Positions 9,586 through 19,253 are shown, numbered from the stretch's first letter. The stretch is DNA of 32,000 nt from Ferroglobus placidus DSM 10642 (GCF_000025505.1 NC_013849.1:270001-302000); one strand, 5' to 3'. The notes: a model not told the origin generated them from the letters alone. Translations and numbers: made by a program.

Positions 9586-10603
9586 AGTTTACCTCCACGT
9601 ACTCCTTAGCCCTTCTAACAACCTCCTTCAAATGGGGCACGTCAAAAATTCTTCTCCTAACAACTTCGTTACAGGTGGATTTGTAAAGTTCAGAAACTAT
9701 TTCCTTTAACTCCTCCGGCAACCTTGGAGGAGTTCCGACGAGCTTTCTCCAGTTCTCCTTCCCCTTCACCGCTTGCAACTTCTTGTACCATTCCGTGTTT
9801 CGATAGTACATTCTCAGAAGCTCTTTACTGATTTCGAGCCCTTCAAACCTCAACCTGCATTCGTCAGGCGTTCCTAAAGCGTCAACAAGCCTCAAATTTC
9901 GCTCGGCATCCAAAGCGAACTCAAGCTTTCCGTCCTCGTGAATAATCCCTCTATCGTAGAACTCTTTCGTGAGTAAATCGTTAATCTCCAGAGTTACGTT
10001 TATGAGCTTTTGCATTTCCTCTTCGCTCAAATTGGCGATTTCCATGGCTTCCTTTTTCGAGATGTATCTGTCGTAGTCCTCGTACTTAGTCGAGAAGTCA
10101 ACTATCGGTCTTTTAAGCTTCTCTCCCGGCTTCGGCATTTCATCCAAGCCAAGATCTTCCGGTTTTATCTCTCCTCTCTCGAGCCTTCTAAAGACGCTCG
10201 AACCCTCTGGCAGGTAATTTCTGTAAATAACTTCGATTGGAAGAACGTAATTGCCCTTGAGGAGTTTGAAGGGGGTGTAATCGTACTTACCATTTACTTT
10301 TTCCGGCTTGAAAACTCTGAAAACTCTTACGAGCATTTCGTTAGTTGGTTCCCGAAGTTCGTGGGTTCTGTAAGTCATTCTGTTTACGAGGAGGGATATG
10401 TAGTGGGTTTTAACGATTTCCTTTTCCATTACTTTTTCGAAAAAGTAGGCTGAGATTACGCACAACGATGCCCCTTTCCCTTCTATCGTGTCCGGCATTA
10501 CTCCGTAGTCGAAAACTGAAAATCTGTCCGAGAACTTCATTATTCCAAGCCCGTAGTTTTTTCCGGGAAGTATCATCACGTTGAAATCTTTAACCGTTCC
10601 CAT
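9578..10603 (-). CDS. purC: Phosphoribosylaminoimidazole-succinocarboxamide (SAICAR) synthase
   Basis: KFSDRFSVFDYGVMPDTIEGKGASLCVISAYFFEKV, KFEFALDAERNLRLVDALGTPDECRL-type motifs. Start set at MGTVKDF (10603) because GAGGTGG precedes it; the track start at 10663 would extend 60 nt into purE. Confidence 0.93.
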   Translation of the reverse strand: MGTVKDFNVMILPGKNYGLGIMKFSDRFSVFDYGVMPDTIEGKGASLCVISAYFFEKVMEKEIVKTHYISLLVNRMTYRTHELREPTNEMLVRVFRVFKPEKVNGKYDYTPFKLLKGNYVLPIEVIYRNYLPEGSSVFRRLERGEIKPEDLGLDEMPKPGEKLKRPIVDFSTKYEDYDRYISKKEAMEIANLSEEEMQKLINVTLEINDLLTKEFYDRGIIHEDGKLEFALDAERNLRLVDALGTPDECRLRFEGLEISKELLRMYYRNTEWYKKLQAVKGKENWRKLVGTPPRLPEELKEIVSELYKSTCNEVVRRRIFDVPHLKEVVRRAKEYVEVNYG

Positions 10604-11063
10604 ATCTAACCACCTCATCGGCTTTTTCGATCTCCTCCTTCTTCTTCCTTTGATACTCTTCAACCTTTCTCCTCACATTATCATCGAAGAGAGCTACAAT
10701 TTTAGCTACAGCCAACGCGGCATTCTCTTCGTAGAGAACGAGCATTGGAGCTACTCCTGAAGGCATGTTTATGCTCGATAAAATGTCCATTCCCGCAAAT
10801 TTGTCGCTTATCGGTGGAGACGCTATGACCGGATTAAGCGTGTTCGCATCCACAAACCCGCTCAAAGCGTTACTTCTTCCGGCAACGGTAACGAATACTG
10901 CTTTTTCGTAGCTTTTTATAATTTCAAGGACTTTTTCCGGAGTTTTGTGAGCTGAAGCGATTCTGATCTCCGAATCGATACCGAAGTTCTCCTTCAACTT
11001 ACTTCTAATTTTTTCGCCAATTTCGAGGTCCGATTTCGAGCCGAGAATTATTACGACTTTCAA
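10590..11063 (-). CDS. purE: AIR carboxylase PurE, class II-like
   Basis: VVIILGSKSDLEIGEKI, IASAHKTPEKV, VTVAGRSNALSGFVDANTLNPVIASPP; VAGRSN and MPSGVAP resemble the class II type more than the PurK-dependent class I type. Confidence 0.93.
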   Translation of the reverse strand: MKVVIILGSKSDLEIGEKIRSKLKENFGIDSEIRIASAHKTPEKVLEIIKSYEKAVFVTVAGRSNALSGFVDANTLNPVIASPPISDKFAGMDILSSINMPSGVAPMLVLYEENAALAVAKIVALFDDNVRRKVEEYQRKKKEEIEKADEVVRYGNG

Positions 11064-11344
11064 GCGCTCACCTCCTTGAGCTCTTTAACTACCTCTTCGT
11101 AAGCTTCGAGGAGCTTTTTCATAGATTTTAACTTCAAAAAGTAGTACTTTTCTCGGTGTTTTACTTCAAAATCGAGAATGCCCAGATCGTAGAGGAGCTT
11201 GAGGTGTCTCGAGGCTGAGTATTCTGATATTCCCAGCTCCTCCGCAACTTGCTTCACGTTCATTTTTCCGTTCTCCAAAATTTTCTTGAGAATTCTCCTT
11301 CTTATTCTCGCTCTCAAAGCTCTTGCGAGCTTTTCGTCCGGCAT
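11060..11344 (-). CDS. Small HTH transcriptional regulator (ArsR-like winged helix)
   Basis: RIRRRILKKILENGKMNVKQVAEELGISEYSASRHLKLLYDLGILDFEVKHREKYYFLK. The track start at 11386 overlaps the upstream gene by 43 nt; ATG 11344 gives a TGATG junction. Confidence 0.85.
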   Translation of the reverse strand: MPDEKLARALRARIRRRILKKILENGKMNVKQVAEELGISEYSASRHLKLLYDLGILDFEVKHREKYYFLKLKSMKKLLEAYEEVVKELKEVSA

Positions 11345-12888
11345 CAAATCCACCCTAACGTTTTCAGTCTGCTTATCGTTTTCCAAGCTTGAGAAGTCTT
11401 CATTTCCACAACTCCGGAATCTTTCAGGTATTCCGCTATCGCCGCCGAAATTGCCGCAGCCACAATATCTTCTTCGCTGACGAAGTGGTCTGCTGTGAAA
11501 ATTTCGTCGAGTCTCTTTTTGAGATGATCTATTGCATCGAGAACGCTCTTTACTCTCTCCACTATTTTCCTCTCCTCCACGAATCTCGTGTGGGTATTTC
11601 CTTTTACGAACTCTTCGTCGTTGAGGACGACAATGTGGAAGGGTATGTTCGTCTCGACACCCTCAATTACGTACTCGTAGAGGGCTCTTCTCATTCTCGC
11701 TATGGCTTCGATTCTCGTCCTTCCCCAGGCAATTAGCTTGGAAATCATCGGATCGTAGTATGGAGGAATTTCGTAACCCATGTGAACTCCGCTGTCAACT
11801 CTAATTCCCGGTCCTCCTGGAGAGCGGTAGTGGGTTATTTTTCCAGTTCTCGGCAGGAAATTTATCGGATCTTCTGCGTTGATTCTGCACTCTATCGCGT
11901 GACCTCTAATTTTCACGTCCTCTTGATCTACGCTCATTCCCTCTCCTGAAGCTATCCTTATCTGCTCCTTGACGATGTCTATTCCTGTTACCATTTCCGT
12001 AATCGTGTGCTCTACTTGTAGCCTCGTGTTCATCTCTAAAAAGTATATCTCTCCGTCCTGGTAAAGAAACTCCATCGTTCCTGCGTTTCTGTAACCTATG
12101 TGCTTAGCTCCTTTTACAGCAATTTTCCCGAATTTTTCTCTCATCTCTTCATCGAAAATTGGCGAAGGTGCTTCCTCTATCAATTTTTGATGTCTCCTCT
12201 GAATGCTGCACTCCCTTTCTCCGAGGTGTATAACTTTGCTATCGTCGGCAAGAATCTGAAACTCTATGTGCCTCGGCTTCGGCAAGTACTTCTCTACGTA
12301 AACCGTCGGATCCTTAAAGTACTTTTCTCCGAGCTTCTTGCTTCTTTCGAAAGCTTTGACAAGCTCTTCTTCGTTGTGAGCTATAGAAATTCCTATTCCT
12401 CCTCCACCACCGCTCGCCTTTACAGCCACTGGATATCCTACTTTTTCAGCGAATTCCTTAGCCTCTTCAGCACTTTCGATCTCATCGCTTCCCGGAATAA
12501 CCGGAACTCCGGCTTCTCTCATCAACTTTCTCGCGTTAACCTTGGAACCCATCGCCTCTATCACATCAGCCGGCGGACCTATGAAAACTATTCCCTCTTC
12601 TTCGCATCTCCTTGCGAATTCGGCATTTTCCGCTAAAAATCCGTAGCCAGGATGGATAGCTTCAGCTCCACTCCTTTTGGCAACTTCTATTATCTTTTCG
12701 ATGTTTAAATAGCTTTCAGAGGGTTCGGCTTTTCCGATGTAGTAGCATTCGTCAGCGTAAACCCTGTGAAAGGACTTAACGTCTGCCTCTGAATAAACGG
12801 CTACAGTTTTAATACCGAGCTCCTTGCAAGAACGCATAACCCTAACGGCAATTTCTCCTCTGTTCGCAACGAGAATCTTCCTGAACAT
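11344..12888 (-). CDS. pycA: Biotin carboxylase subunit (acetyl-CoA/pyruvate carboxylase subunit A type)
   Basis: [79 protein letters not shown]; 514 aa. Symbol is by analogy; accC is the alternative. Confidence 0.93.
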   Translation of the reverse strand: MFRKILVANRGEIAVRVMRSCKELGIKTVAVYSEADVKSFHRVYADECYYIGKAEPSESYLNIEKIIEVAKRSGAEAIHPGYGFLAENAEFARRCEEEGIVFIGPPADVIEAMGSKVNARKLMREAGVPVIPGSDEIESAEEAKEFAEKVGYPVAVKASGGGGGIGISIAHNEEELVKAFERSKKLGEKYFKDPTVYVEKYLPKPRHIEFQILADDSKVIHLGERECSIQRRHQKLIEEAPSPIFDEEMREKFGKIAVKGAKHIGYRNAGTMEFLYQDGEIYFLEMNTRLQVEHTITEMVTGIDIVKEQIRIASGEGMSVDQEDVKIRGHAIECRINAEDPINFLPRTGKITHYRSPGGPGIRVDSGVHMGYEIPPYYDPMISKLIAWGRTRIEAIARMRRALYEYVIEGVETNIPFHIVVLNDEEFVKGNTHTRFVEERKIVERVKSVLDAIDHLKKRLDEIFTADHFVSEEDIVAAAISAAIAEYLKDSGVVEMKTSQAWKTISRLKTLGWI

Positions 12889-12978
12889 TGCTTAGTTGCG
12901 CAACCTTGCAACTTAAAAACGTTTCGAATCAAAAGAGTTATATATTATCTTGAATTAAAATTATAAACGGTGTTCTGA

Positions 12979-14190
12979 ATGTACCGAACTTTAGCCTTTA
13001 AATCGGCTAAAACAGCCTACTGGAAACTGCTCGTGGCTAAGGAAAGTTTGGACGTCAAGAAAGGGGAAGTTTACAGGGTTGAAGTTGAGAAAATACGATT
13101 ACCTCCAAACACCATAGTTTCTCCGTTGGCGATAAAGAGACACGGCTACGGAATCGTTGTTGACGTTAAAGAGGACAAGCCGGAAAAAATCGACGGAGAG
13201 AGGAGCATAGAGGCTGCTTATTTCTTAGCCACTTCAGACGGAAACGTTGAGGAGGGAGATTTAATTGGAGTCGTTAAGGTTTATCCAGTTAAGACTGCTC
13301 CAGCGGAGATGATAAGCAGAGTTGAAGCTCCTGAAGTGAACGTTAGAATGGAAAAGAAGAAGGTGAAGCTCGTTACAAAGAAGGGAAGGAAAGAGGTGGA
13401 GATCGAAGAGCTATGGTACAGAAGGTGGAACGTCGCTGAGTGGTTCCCCATCATAGCGGACGAAGATAAAAGCGTGGAAAAGGGAAAGCTTGAGGAAATA
13501 AGGATAAAGACGATAGAGCTTCCTCCAAACACGATCCCCGTTCCTCTTTACATAATGAGAAACGCTTACGGAACAGTTCTCGATTTAGAAGCTGTTGAGC
13601 TAAAGAAAGTTGAGGAAAAAACGAGGATAAACAAAGTTTACTTCCTGCCGGTTTTTCCCGGAGAGATAAAGAAGGGGGACCTCCTAGGAGTTCTGAACGT
13701 TTATTACATTTCTGTTGGGGAGAGGAGCGTTCAGCTCTTACGCTACTTAACTGAAAAGGTTAAGGCGAGAATCGTTTACTGGGAGGATGAGTGGAGGGTC
13801 AACAGCAGCGAGATAGAAATCGAGCCGCTAAGCTTCAAGAGAAGTCCTCTCGGGCTGATAGAGCCAATATTCAGCGCTGAGAACAAGAAGCTAATAAAGG
13901 GAGTTCCGGAAGTCGTGAAGATTGAAATGCTTGAATTTCCATCTGGAACCATACTCCAACCAGTCTCCGGAAAGTCCAGAGATCAGCTGATGCTTATCGA
14001 CGTTATGAGCTTCGAACCTCCGAGACTTGTCGAGGAAGACAAGAGAATTACTCATGCGGTCGTTCTTCCAACGGAAACTACAGAGATTAAGAAAGGGGAT
14101 TACATCGGAATGATGCTCGTTTACAACGTTTCCGTTTTACTTGAGCCGTATTTCTTCATGAAGAGGCACGAGCTCAGGGGAAGTATCTAA
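12979..14190 (+). CDS. Protein with three tandem DUF22-like modules
   Basis: 403 aa with three diverged copies: EVEKIRLPPNTIVSPLAIKRHGYGIVVDV / RIKTIELPPNTIPVPLYIMRNAYGTVLDL / KIEMLEFPSGTILQPVSGKSRDQLMLIDV, each followed by (A/V)YFLP...(G)EI(K)KGDLIGVLxVYxV. Confidence 0.8.
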   Translation: MYRTLAFKSAKTAYWKLLVAKESLDVKKGEVYRVEVEKIRLPPNTIVSPLAIKRHGYGIVVDVKEDKPEKIDGERSIEAAYFLATSDGNVEEGDLIGVVKVYPVKTAPAEMISRVEAPEVNVRMEKKKVKLVTKKGRKEVEIEELWYRRWNVAEWFPIIADEDKSVEKGKLEEIRIKTIELPPNTIPVPLYIMRNAYGTVLDLEAVELKKVEEKTRINKVYFLPVFPGEIKKGDLLGVLNVYYISVGERSVQLLRYLTEKVKARIVYWEDEWRVNSSEIEIEPLSFKRSPLGLIEPIFSAENKKLIKGVPEVVKIEMLEFPSGTILQPVSGKSRDQLMLIDVMSFEPPRLVEEDKRITHAVVLPTETTEIKKGDYIGMMLVYNVSVLLEPYFFMKRHELRGSI

Positions 14191-16468
14191 ACTCAGCCAC
14201 CTCTTTATACTTTTCCACATCCGTTTTTCTCCTCTCGCCCTTAAATACTTTCTCTATTACGTTAATCGCCCCGAGCCTATTCAAAGGCTGGTTGTTGTTA
14301 CCGCACTGATAGCTGTAAGTACACTTTGGACAACCGTCCACTCTTTGACAGCTACACTTTTTTAAAACATCGTAAGCAACTCTGAATGCCTTTTCGAGCC
14401 TCGAAAAGAGAAGCTTGCTCAATCCGTTCCCTCCTGGAGTGGCGTCGTAGACGAAGATGTCCCCTTCCGGAGTGGATATTCCTCCCATGTAGTTGCTCCC
14501 TCCTCCAGTTAACGAATTACTTGCTTCAATTAAAACGTGCTCTAAAGCGTGGAAGCTACCGGCGTAGAAGTCTTCGTAGTCCATGTAGTCCGGGAAGGGA
14601 GAGGAGAACAGGAATCCTTTAGTTCTAAAAGTGTAGCTTACGGGCTCGTTTAAGTAGTTTATTCCGAGTTTCTCTCCGGTATATACGTTTTTAACAACGT
14701 AACCGAAGACTGAGATCGTCACATCCATATCGCAGTAGACAGCATTTACCGGCTTTTCTATTTCTTCGATCTCCTTTATAATCCTCGGAATGGACGTGTA
14801 GAGAGGATCGGTGATCTCCTCTCCTCTCTCGTAAGGCTCAACTTCGGCAACGAAGTTCTTAAGGTCGAGTTTCAAGCTCCTAATTCTTCTGCCGGCATGG
14901 ATAACAATTCCTCCGGGGAAAAGCTCCTTTATAGCCATGGGTAACGCTCTTTCTCCAATCTCCTTTCCTTCGAGCAGTATTTTTACCCTTTCTCCAATTC
15001 CCCTCATGTTGAATTTTTTCAGGAACTCCTCAGCCTTCCTCGTCGCGAGGTATAATCCTCCAGCATTAACCAGATATCCCTCTTTCGCGTATTTTTCCAA
15101 ATCCTCTACTTCTCCCTCAAAAATTGCTTTTTCCTTAGCCATGGAGAGAATGTGGTATTTCTTCAACTCCTCGTTGTCCTTTTCAGCGTAGCAGAACATC
15201 TCGTCTTTAAAATACTCCTCGGGGTTGTTTCTGTAGTAGTTAGCTATGGAATCGTCTTCTCTCAAAATCAGCACTCCAACGCTTTCCTGTCCTTTTCTTC
15301 CAGCTCTTCCGCACCTCTGGAGGAATTGAGGGAAAGGAACTAATTCGGAAACGACTACTTCCACATCGCCTATGTCTATTCCCAGCTCAAGGGTTGAAGT
15401 TGCCACGACAATTTTGACTCTACCTTCTTTAAACTCTTTCTCAACCCTTCTCCTCTCTTTCTTCGTCATTCCACCTTTGTGCACTCTCGCCACTATTCCT
15501 TCTCTGTTCAAAATCCATGCTATGGTTTCGACAGCTTTATAGCTATTGGCAAATACGAGCGTCTTTTTTCCGAGCAAAGATTTAACGCAGTCCTTTACGG
15601 CTCCGTAGAAACTTGGAGTGTAGCGCATTATGAAGTGGAGAGTACCTTTTCTCCCGGATGATTTAACGACTTCAAACTTCTTACCAAAAACGTATTCAGC
15701 GAACTCCTTAGGGTTTGCTATTGTGGCTGTAGACGCTATTACCCTAAAATCCGAAAACCTTTCGAGTCTTTTCACGAGCCAGGCAACGTTGGAGCCAAGC
15801 AGTCCGCTGTAGCTGTGAAGTTCGTCGAAAACGAGAAACCTAACCTTTTCGGCAACTCTCCTGAATGCCGGAGTGTTTCTTAGGTGGTAATCAACCATGT
15901 CGGGATTTGTTAGAATTAAATCGGCTCTACCGCTCAGAACTTCCCTTCTTTCGCTATATCCAGAATCTCCGTCGAACTTTACCGCGTTAAATCCGAAGAA
16001 GGAGGAGTAGTAGGAAATCTTTTCATATTGATCGCTCGCTAAAGCTTTTGTCGGATAAAATATCAGAGCTTTTTCACCTTTCTTCAAACTTTCGAGGATG
16101 GGAATTGTGAACGCTTCAGTCTTACCGAAGCCGGTTGGAGCAACTATTACGACGTTCTTTCCTTCTCTTATCTTTTCAATAGCCTCAACCTGAAACTTGT
16201 ATAGAGACTTGATTCCTCTCGATAACAGGGCTGATTTGGCTCTTTCCGAGAGATTTACTTCGCTTAAATCGATTCTCTCGACCTCTTCTGGATCGAACTT
16301 TCTATAGACAACTATCTCGTCCTCGGTGTCGAACAACCCTTTTAGCTCGCGAACTCCGCAGTATTTTTCGAAAATTTCCAAGTTCTTCTGTCGCGTGGAG
16401 ATTCTCTCGCAGATGCATCTGCTCTTTATTCTACCGCACTTCGGACAGAAGAAATCTTCTGCTTTCAT
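14174..16468 (-). CDS. DEAD/DEAH-box helicase with C-terminal Cys-rich (DUF1998-type) domain
   Basis: APTGFGKTEAFTIPIL (Walker A), VFDELH, SATIANP, STLELGIDIG, FLQRCGRAGRKGQ; C-terminal CSCQRVDGCPKCTYSYQCGNNNQPLNRLGA; N-terminal CPKCGRIKSRCICE. Confidence 0.93.
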   Translation of the reverse strand: MKAEDFFCPKCGRIKSRCICERISTRQKNLEIFEKYCGVRELKGLFDTEDEIVVYRKFDPEEVERIDLSEVNLSERAKSALLSRGIKSLYKFQVEAIEKIREGKNVVIVAPTGFGKTEAFTIPILESLKKGEKALIFYPTKALASDQYEKISYYSSFFGFNAVKFDGDSGYSERREVLSGRADLILTNPDMVDYHLRNTPAFRRVAEKVRFLVFDELHSYSGLLGSNVAWLVKRLERFSDFRVIASTATIANPKEFAEYVFGKKFEVVKSSGRKGTLHFIMRYTPSFYGAVKDCVKSLLGKKTLVFANSYKAVETIAWILNREGIVARVHKGGMTKKERRRVEKEFKEGRVKIVVATSTLELGIDIGDVEVVVSELVPFPQFLQRCGRAGRKGQESVGVLILREDDSIANYYRNNPEEYFKDEMFCYAEKDNEELKKYHILSMAKEKAIFEGEVEDLEKYAKEGYLVNAGGLYLATRKAEEFLKKFNMRGIGERVKILLEGKEIGERALPMAIKELFPGGIVIHAGRRIRSLKLDLKNFVAEVEPYERGEEITDPLYTSIPRIIKEIEEIEKPVNAVYCDMDVTISVFGYVVKNVYTGEKLGINYLNEPVSYTFRTKGFLFSSPFPDYMDYEDFYAGSFHALEHVLIEASNSLTGGGSNYMGGISTPEGDIFVYDATPGGNGLSKLLFSRLEKAFRVAYDVLKKCSCQRVDGCPKCTYSYQCGNNNQPLNRLGAINVIEKVFKGERRKTDVEKYKEVAEFRYFP

Positions 16469-16827
16469 CCGAGGATCGATAGAATTTTCTTTACCCTTTC
16501 GTCTATCAAGCTGTATATTCTGAACTTGCCAACGACGTCTTCTCTTACTATCTTCGCATCTCTTAGCTTAGCTAAGTGGTGGCTTACGAGCGTTTGATCC
16601 TTTCCTACGACTGCCGAAAGAACGCAGACGCATTGCGGTGAGCTTAAAAGAGTTCGCACTATCTGAAGTCTTATCGGATTGGATATAGCTTTTAAAATTC
16701 TTGAATACTCTTCCAGCTCTTTATCGCTATAGTATTCGATTATGGCATCTTCGTTGCAGATGCAAGCGTCTTCTTCGACAACTAAGTCTCCTACTCTCAC
16801 CTTCACGACCATCCTCCGACCCCTCAT
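16465..16827 (-). CDS. ArsR/SmtB-type regulator with CxC motifs, probably metal- or oxyanion-responsive
   Basis: SRILKAISNPIRLQIVRTLLSSPQCVCVLSAVVGKDQTLVSHHLAKLRDAKIVREDVVGKFRIYSL; CVC at the usual ArsR metal-site position plus an N-terminal CIC. Overlaps both neighbours by 4 nt. Confidence 0.88.
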   Translation of the reverse strand: MRGRRMVVKVRVGDLVVEEDACICNEDAIIEYYSDKELEEYSRILKAISNPIRLQIVRTLLSSPQCVCVLSAVVGKDQTLVSHHLAKLRDAKIVREDVVGKFRIYSLIDERVKKILSILG

Positions 16828-17132
16828 TGAATGAATTGCAGCAGCTGACTAAATACTTCGTCGAAGATGTGTATTCCGTTCATTTCCAAGATAACGTTTA
16901 ATATCGCACCTATTATCGCTCCCACGATAAGGGAGGAGATAACTCTTACCTTGACTATCAATACGATCGCTATTATCAGAAGAACGAGAGTCGACATCGC
17001 TCCCAAGTTGGCGAGCTTTTGCTCAGTTTCTTCCATAGTCTTGTTGAGAAAGTCGAAAAGCGTCGATATTCCGCTCATTCCGAAGAGTAGCCCTATTATC
17101 AAGCCCACTGCTATCATAGCTTTCTCGCTCAT
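16824..17132 (-). CDS. Small membrane protein, unknown function
   Basis: 102 aa with three hydrophobic segments; 4-nt overlap with the downstream ArsR-type gene. Confidence 0.7.
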   Translation of the reverse strand: MSEKAMIAVGLIIGLLFGMSGISTLFDFLNKTMEETEQKLANLGAMSTLVLLIIAIVLIVKVRVISSLIVGAIIGAILNVILEMNGIHIFDEVFSQLLQFIQ

Positions 17133-17267
17133 AAAGAGATGTTTCTCCCGGCGGTATAAAAGATATTCTTAGCTGTGTGAAAGTTCCTTCGAATCCTCTT
17201 AAATAGCGTGGGAGTTTAGCAGTTTGTCGATAAAACCTTTTTAAAAAGATCTTCGAGGAGTGTAAGA

Positions 17268-17502
17268 GTGGAAATTTTAGCCGACTATAAAGCGGAACTT
17301 TCGAATTTGAGTACGAATTTATGGTCGAGGACTCGTTTCTGGTTTTCTTTGTGGGTGATACGAAAACAATTCCAAGAGTCGTTGTGGGATCTCTCGGTTT
17401 TAGAGCTCCGGCAATTCTCGGAAAAGGATGGGAAAAGTTGACGTAAAAATCGGGCTTCCAGATAAAGTTGATGAGACTAAGGTTTCTGTCGTGCTTTTTT
17501 AG
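17268..17502 (+). pseudogene. Possible frameshifted remnant of a small gene
   Basis: Plausible coding text passes through three frames: VEILADYKAELS (frame of 17268), EYEFMVEDSFLVFFVGDTKTIPRVVVGSLGFRAPAILGKGWEK (ending 17446), VDVKIGLPDKVDETKVSVVLF* (ending 17502). A TATA-like CCTTTTTAAAAAG lies upstream near 17236. Confidence 0.35.
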
Positions 17503-18053
17503 CTTTTAATAGCTTTTATTACGATGTAGCAAACGAGAAAGTAGCTAAAAGCAATCGCGGCTGCTTCAACGAATAATACAAACGAAGAAATGAAGAAGTA
17601 GGCAAACTTGCCGAGCTTAACAACGCTTCTGTAATCCAGGAAATGCATGAAATCTATCGAGTATGTGGGTTTAGTCATAGCATTGGAGAAACCCCAGAGG
17701 AAAATGATGGCAAGAATTATTGAAAAAGATAGAAACATATTTCTCCTCTCCTCTTCTGTCGTTCGCTTCTCGAAAGGAATTATTGAAATGTTCATTCCGA
17801 GGGCTATCTGGGTTGCGAGGATTAACATGAGAACCGTACCTAAAAGAGACGCGTATTCGATAGGAAGTTTCGCCATTTGAGTTGTGGCAAGCGAGAGCGT
17901 AGATGCTAGCAAGAGAGTAACCGCAACCCTGTAACCGGCTTTTAGCTTGCTCAATGCCCTGTAAGTGGCGAGGGCGTAGAGGGTTAGCAGAAGAGACGGT
18001 ATTAGGAACACGAGCACGAGAAAGAATAAGAATCCCTCAATCACCTCTTTCAC
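17499..18053 (-). CDS. Multi-TM membrane protein, unknown function
   Basis: 184 aa with about five hydrophobic segments; downstream of the radical SAM gene on the same strand. Confidence 0.7.
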   Translation of the reverse strand: MKEVIEGFLFFLVLVFLIPSLLLTLYALATYRALSKLKAGYRVAVTLLLASTLSLATTQMAKLPIEYASLLGTVLMLILATQIALGMNISIIPFEKRTTEEERRNMFLSFSIILAIIFLWGFSNAMTKPTYSIDFMHFLDYRSVVKLGKFAYFFISSFVLFVEAAAIAFSYFLVCYIVIKAIKS

Positions 18054-18161
18054 CTCGCCTGGATGAATTTATCGGCAAGACGATCTTAAAAATTCCTCTC
18101 TCTCTGCTGATGTCTTCGTATAAGCTCAAAGCCGCAAAAAGATTAAGGAAAAGAGCCCGAG

Positions 18162-19253
18162 TCAGGTTGTGTTTCTGACTTTTAAGCATTCCACATCAGC
18201 TCCGAAAACGTCTTTGCTGAACTCGTAGGCAAAAACTCTGCACCCTCCCCTGCAAATCATGTATTTCTCGCATCCGAGACATTCCTTTACCTCGTACCTT
18301 CTGAAAGAATCCATGCACCTCCAAATTTCTCCTATCCTTTCGTAATCGCCGAGTTCTACGTTCAGAAAGCTGCACGGCAGAACTTTTCCGTCGGATTTCA
18401 CCGCTATGCTAGATATTCCGCAGTCACACCCCTGCATTCCTGCGAGAACGTTTTCGTCCAAACTAAGAAATGGCATGAATGCGCAGTCAACTCTCAGGAG
18501 AACGTCGTAATCGAGAAGAGATCGAAGAATCCCGTCTATTCTTTTAAGCTGATGGCTGCTTAGCCTTACCTCTTCGTAATTCTTAGCCCCTCTTCCGGCA
18601 GGTTTTACTCTTATGAGCATAACCTCACCGACATTCAAGTCTTCCGCAAGCTGAAGAATCTCGTGAAGCTTGTCGAAGTTGTGTCTGCTAACAACCGTGT
18701 TTATCCCAACATTGTAGCTTTCCGAGAGCTCTTTTATAGCTTTAACTGCTCTTTCGAACCCGTCGCACCCTCTCGCCCTCAGATAAGTTTCCCTCTCGGC
18801 TCCGTCGAGGGAGACGTTTATCTGTCCGAAGAAGTCAAGCTTCTCGATTCTATCGACAAAAAATCCGTTTGTCGTTACGTTCGGGACGATTCCGAGATCG
18901 TAGGCATGACTAGCAATATCAACAAAATCGTCCCTCGCAAACGGCTCCCCTCCGCCAAATGCGACTTGGAACACGTTCATCTCGGCAAGTATTTCCATGA
19001 GCCTCATCATATCTTTTGTTCTCATTTCCGCCTTTCTGTCAACGGCGTAGCAGTACCTGCATTTTAACGGACACTTCTTCGTTACCTCAACGTGTATGAC
19101 TTCCGGAGCGGAGAGATGATCGAAATCCGGAAAATCCTCGTATCCGAGGCTCTTCATGTATTCTCTGTCAACGTAAAGAGTGGTTCTGTGATCCGGGTCG
19201 AATATTATTCCGCCGAAGCTTTCAGCTCTTATCTTCACCCTCCTCACTTCCAA
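18162..19253 (-). CDS. Radical SAM/SPASM domain protein, candidate peptide maturase
   Basis: VEVTKKCPLKCRYCYAVDRK (CxxxCxxC), FGGGEPF, C-terminal SPASM-type cysteines CDCGISSIAVKSDGKVLPCSFLN...CLGCEKYMICRGGCRVFAYEF...C. Confidence 0.95.
   Translation of the reverse strand: MEVRRVKIRAESFGGIIFDPDHRTTLYVDREYMKSLGYEDFPDFDHLSAPEVIHVEVTKKCPLKCRYCYAVDRKAEMRTKDMMRLMEILAEMNVFQVAFGGGEPFARDDFVDIASHAYDLGIVPNVTTNGFFVDRIEKLDFFGQINVSLDGAERETYLRARGCDGFERAVKAIKELSESYNVGINTVVSRHNFDKLHEILQLAEDLNVGEVMLIRVKPAGRGAKNYEEVRLSSHQLKRIDGILRSLLDYDVLLRVDCAFMPFLSLDENVLAGMQGCDCGISSIAVKSDGKVLPCSFLNVELGDYERIGEIWRCMDSFRRYEVKECLGCEKYMICRGGCRVFAYEFSKDVFGADVECLKVRNTT

Noticed and set aside
17188-17215. CTTCGAATCCTCTTAAATAGCG, resembling the CRISPR repeat
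   Set aside because: Only a partial match of about ten bases in a single copy; no spacer structure.
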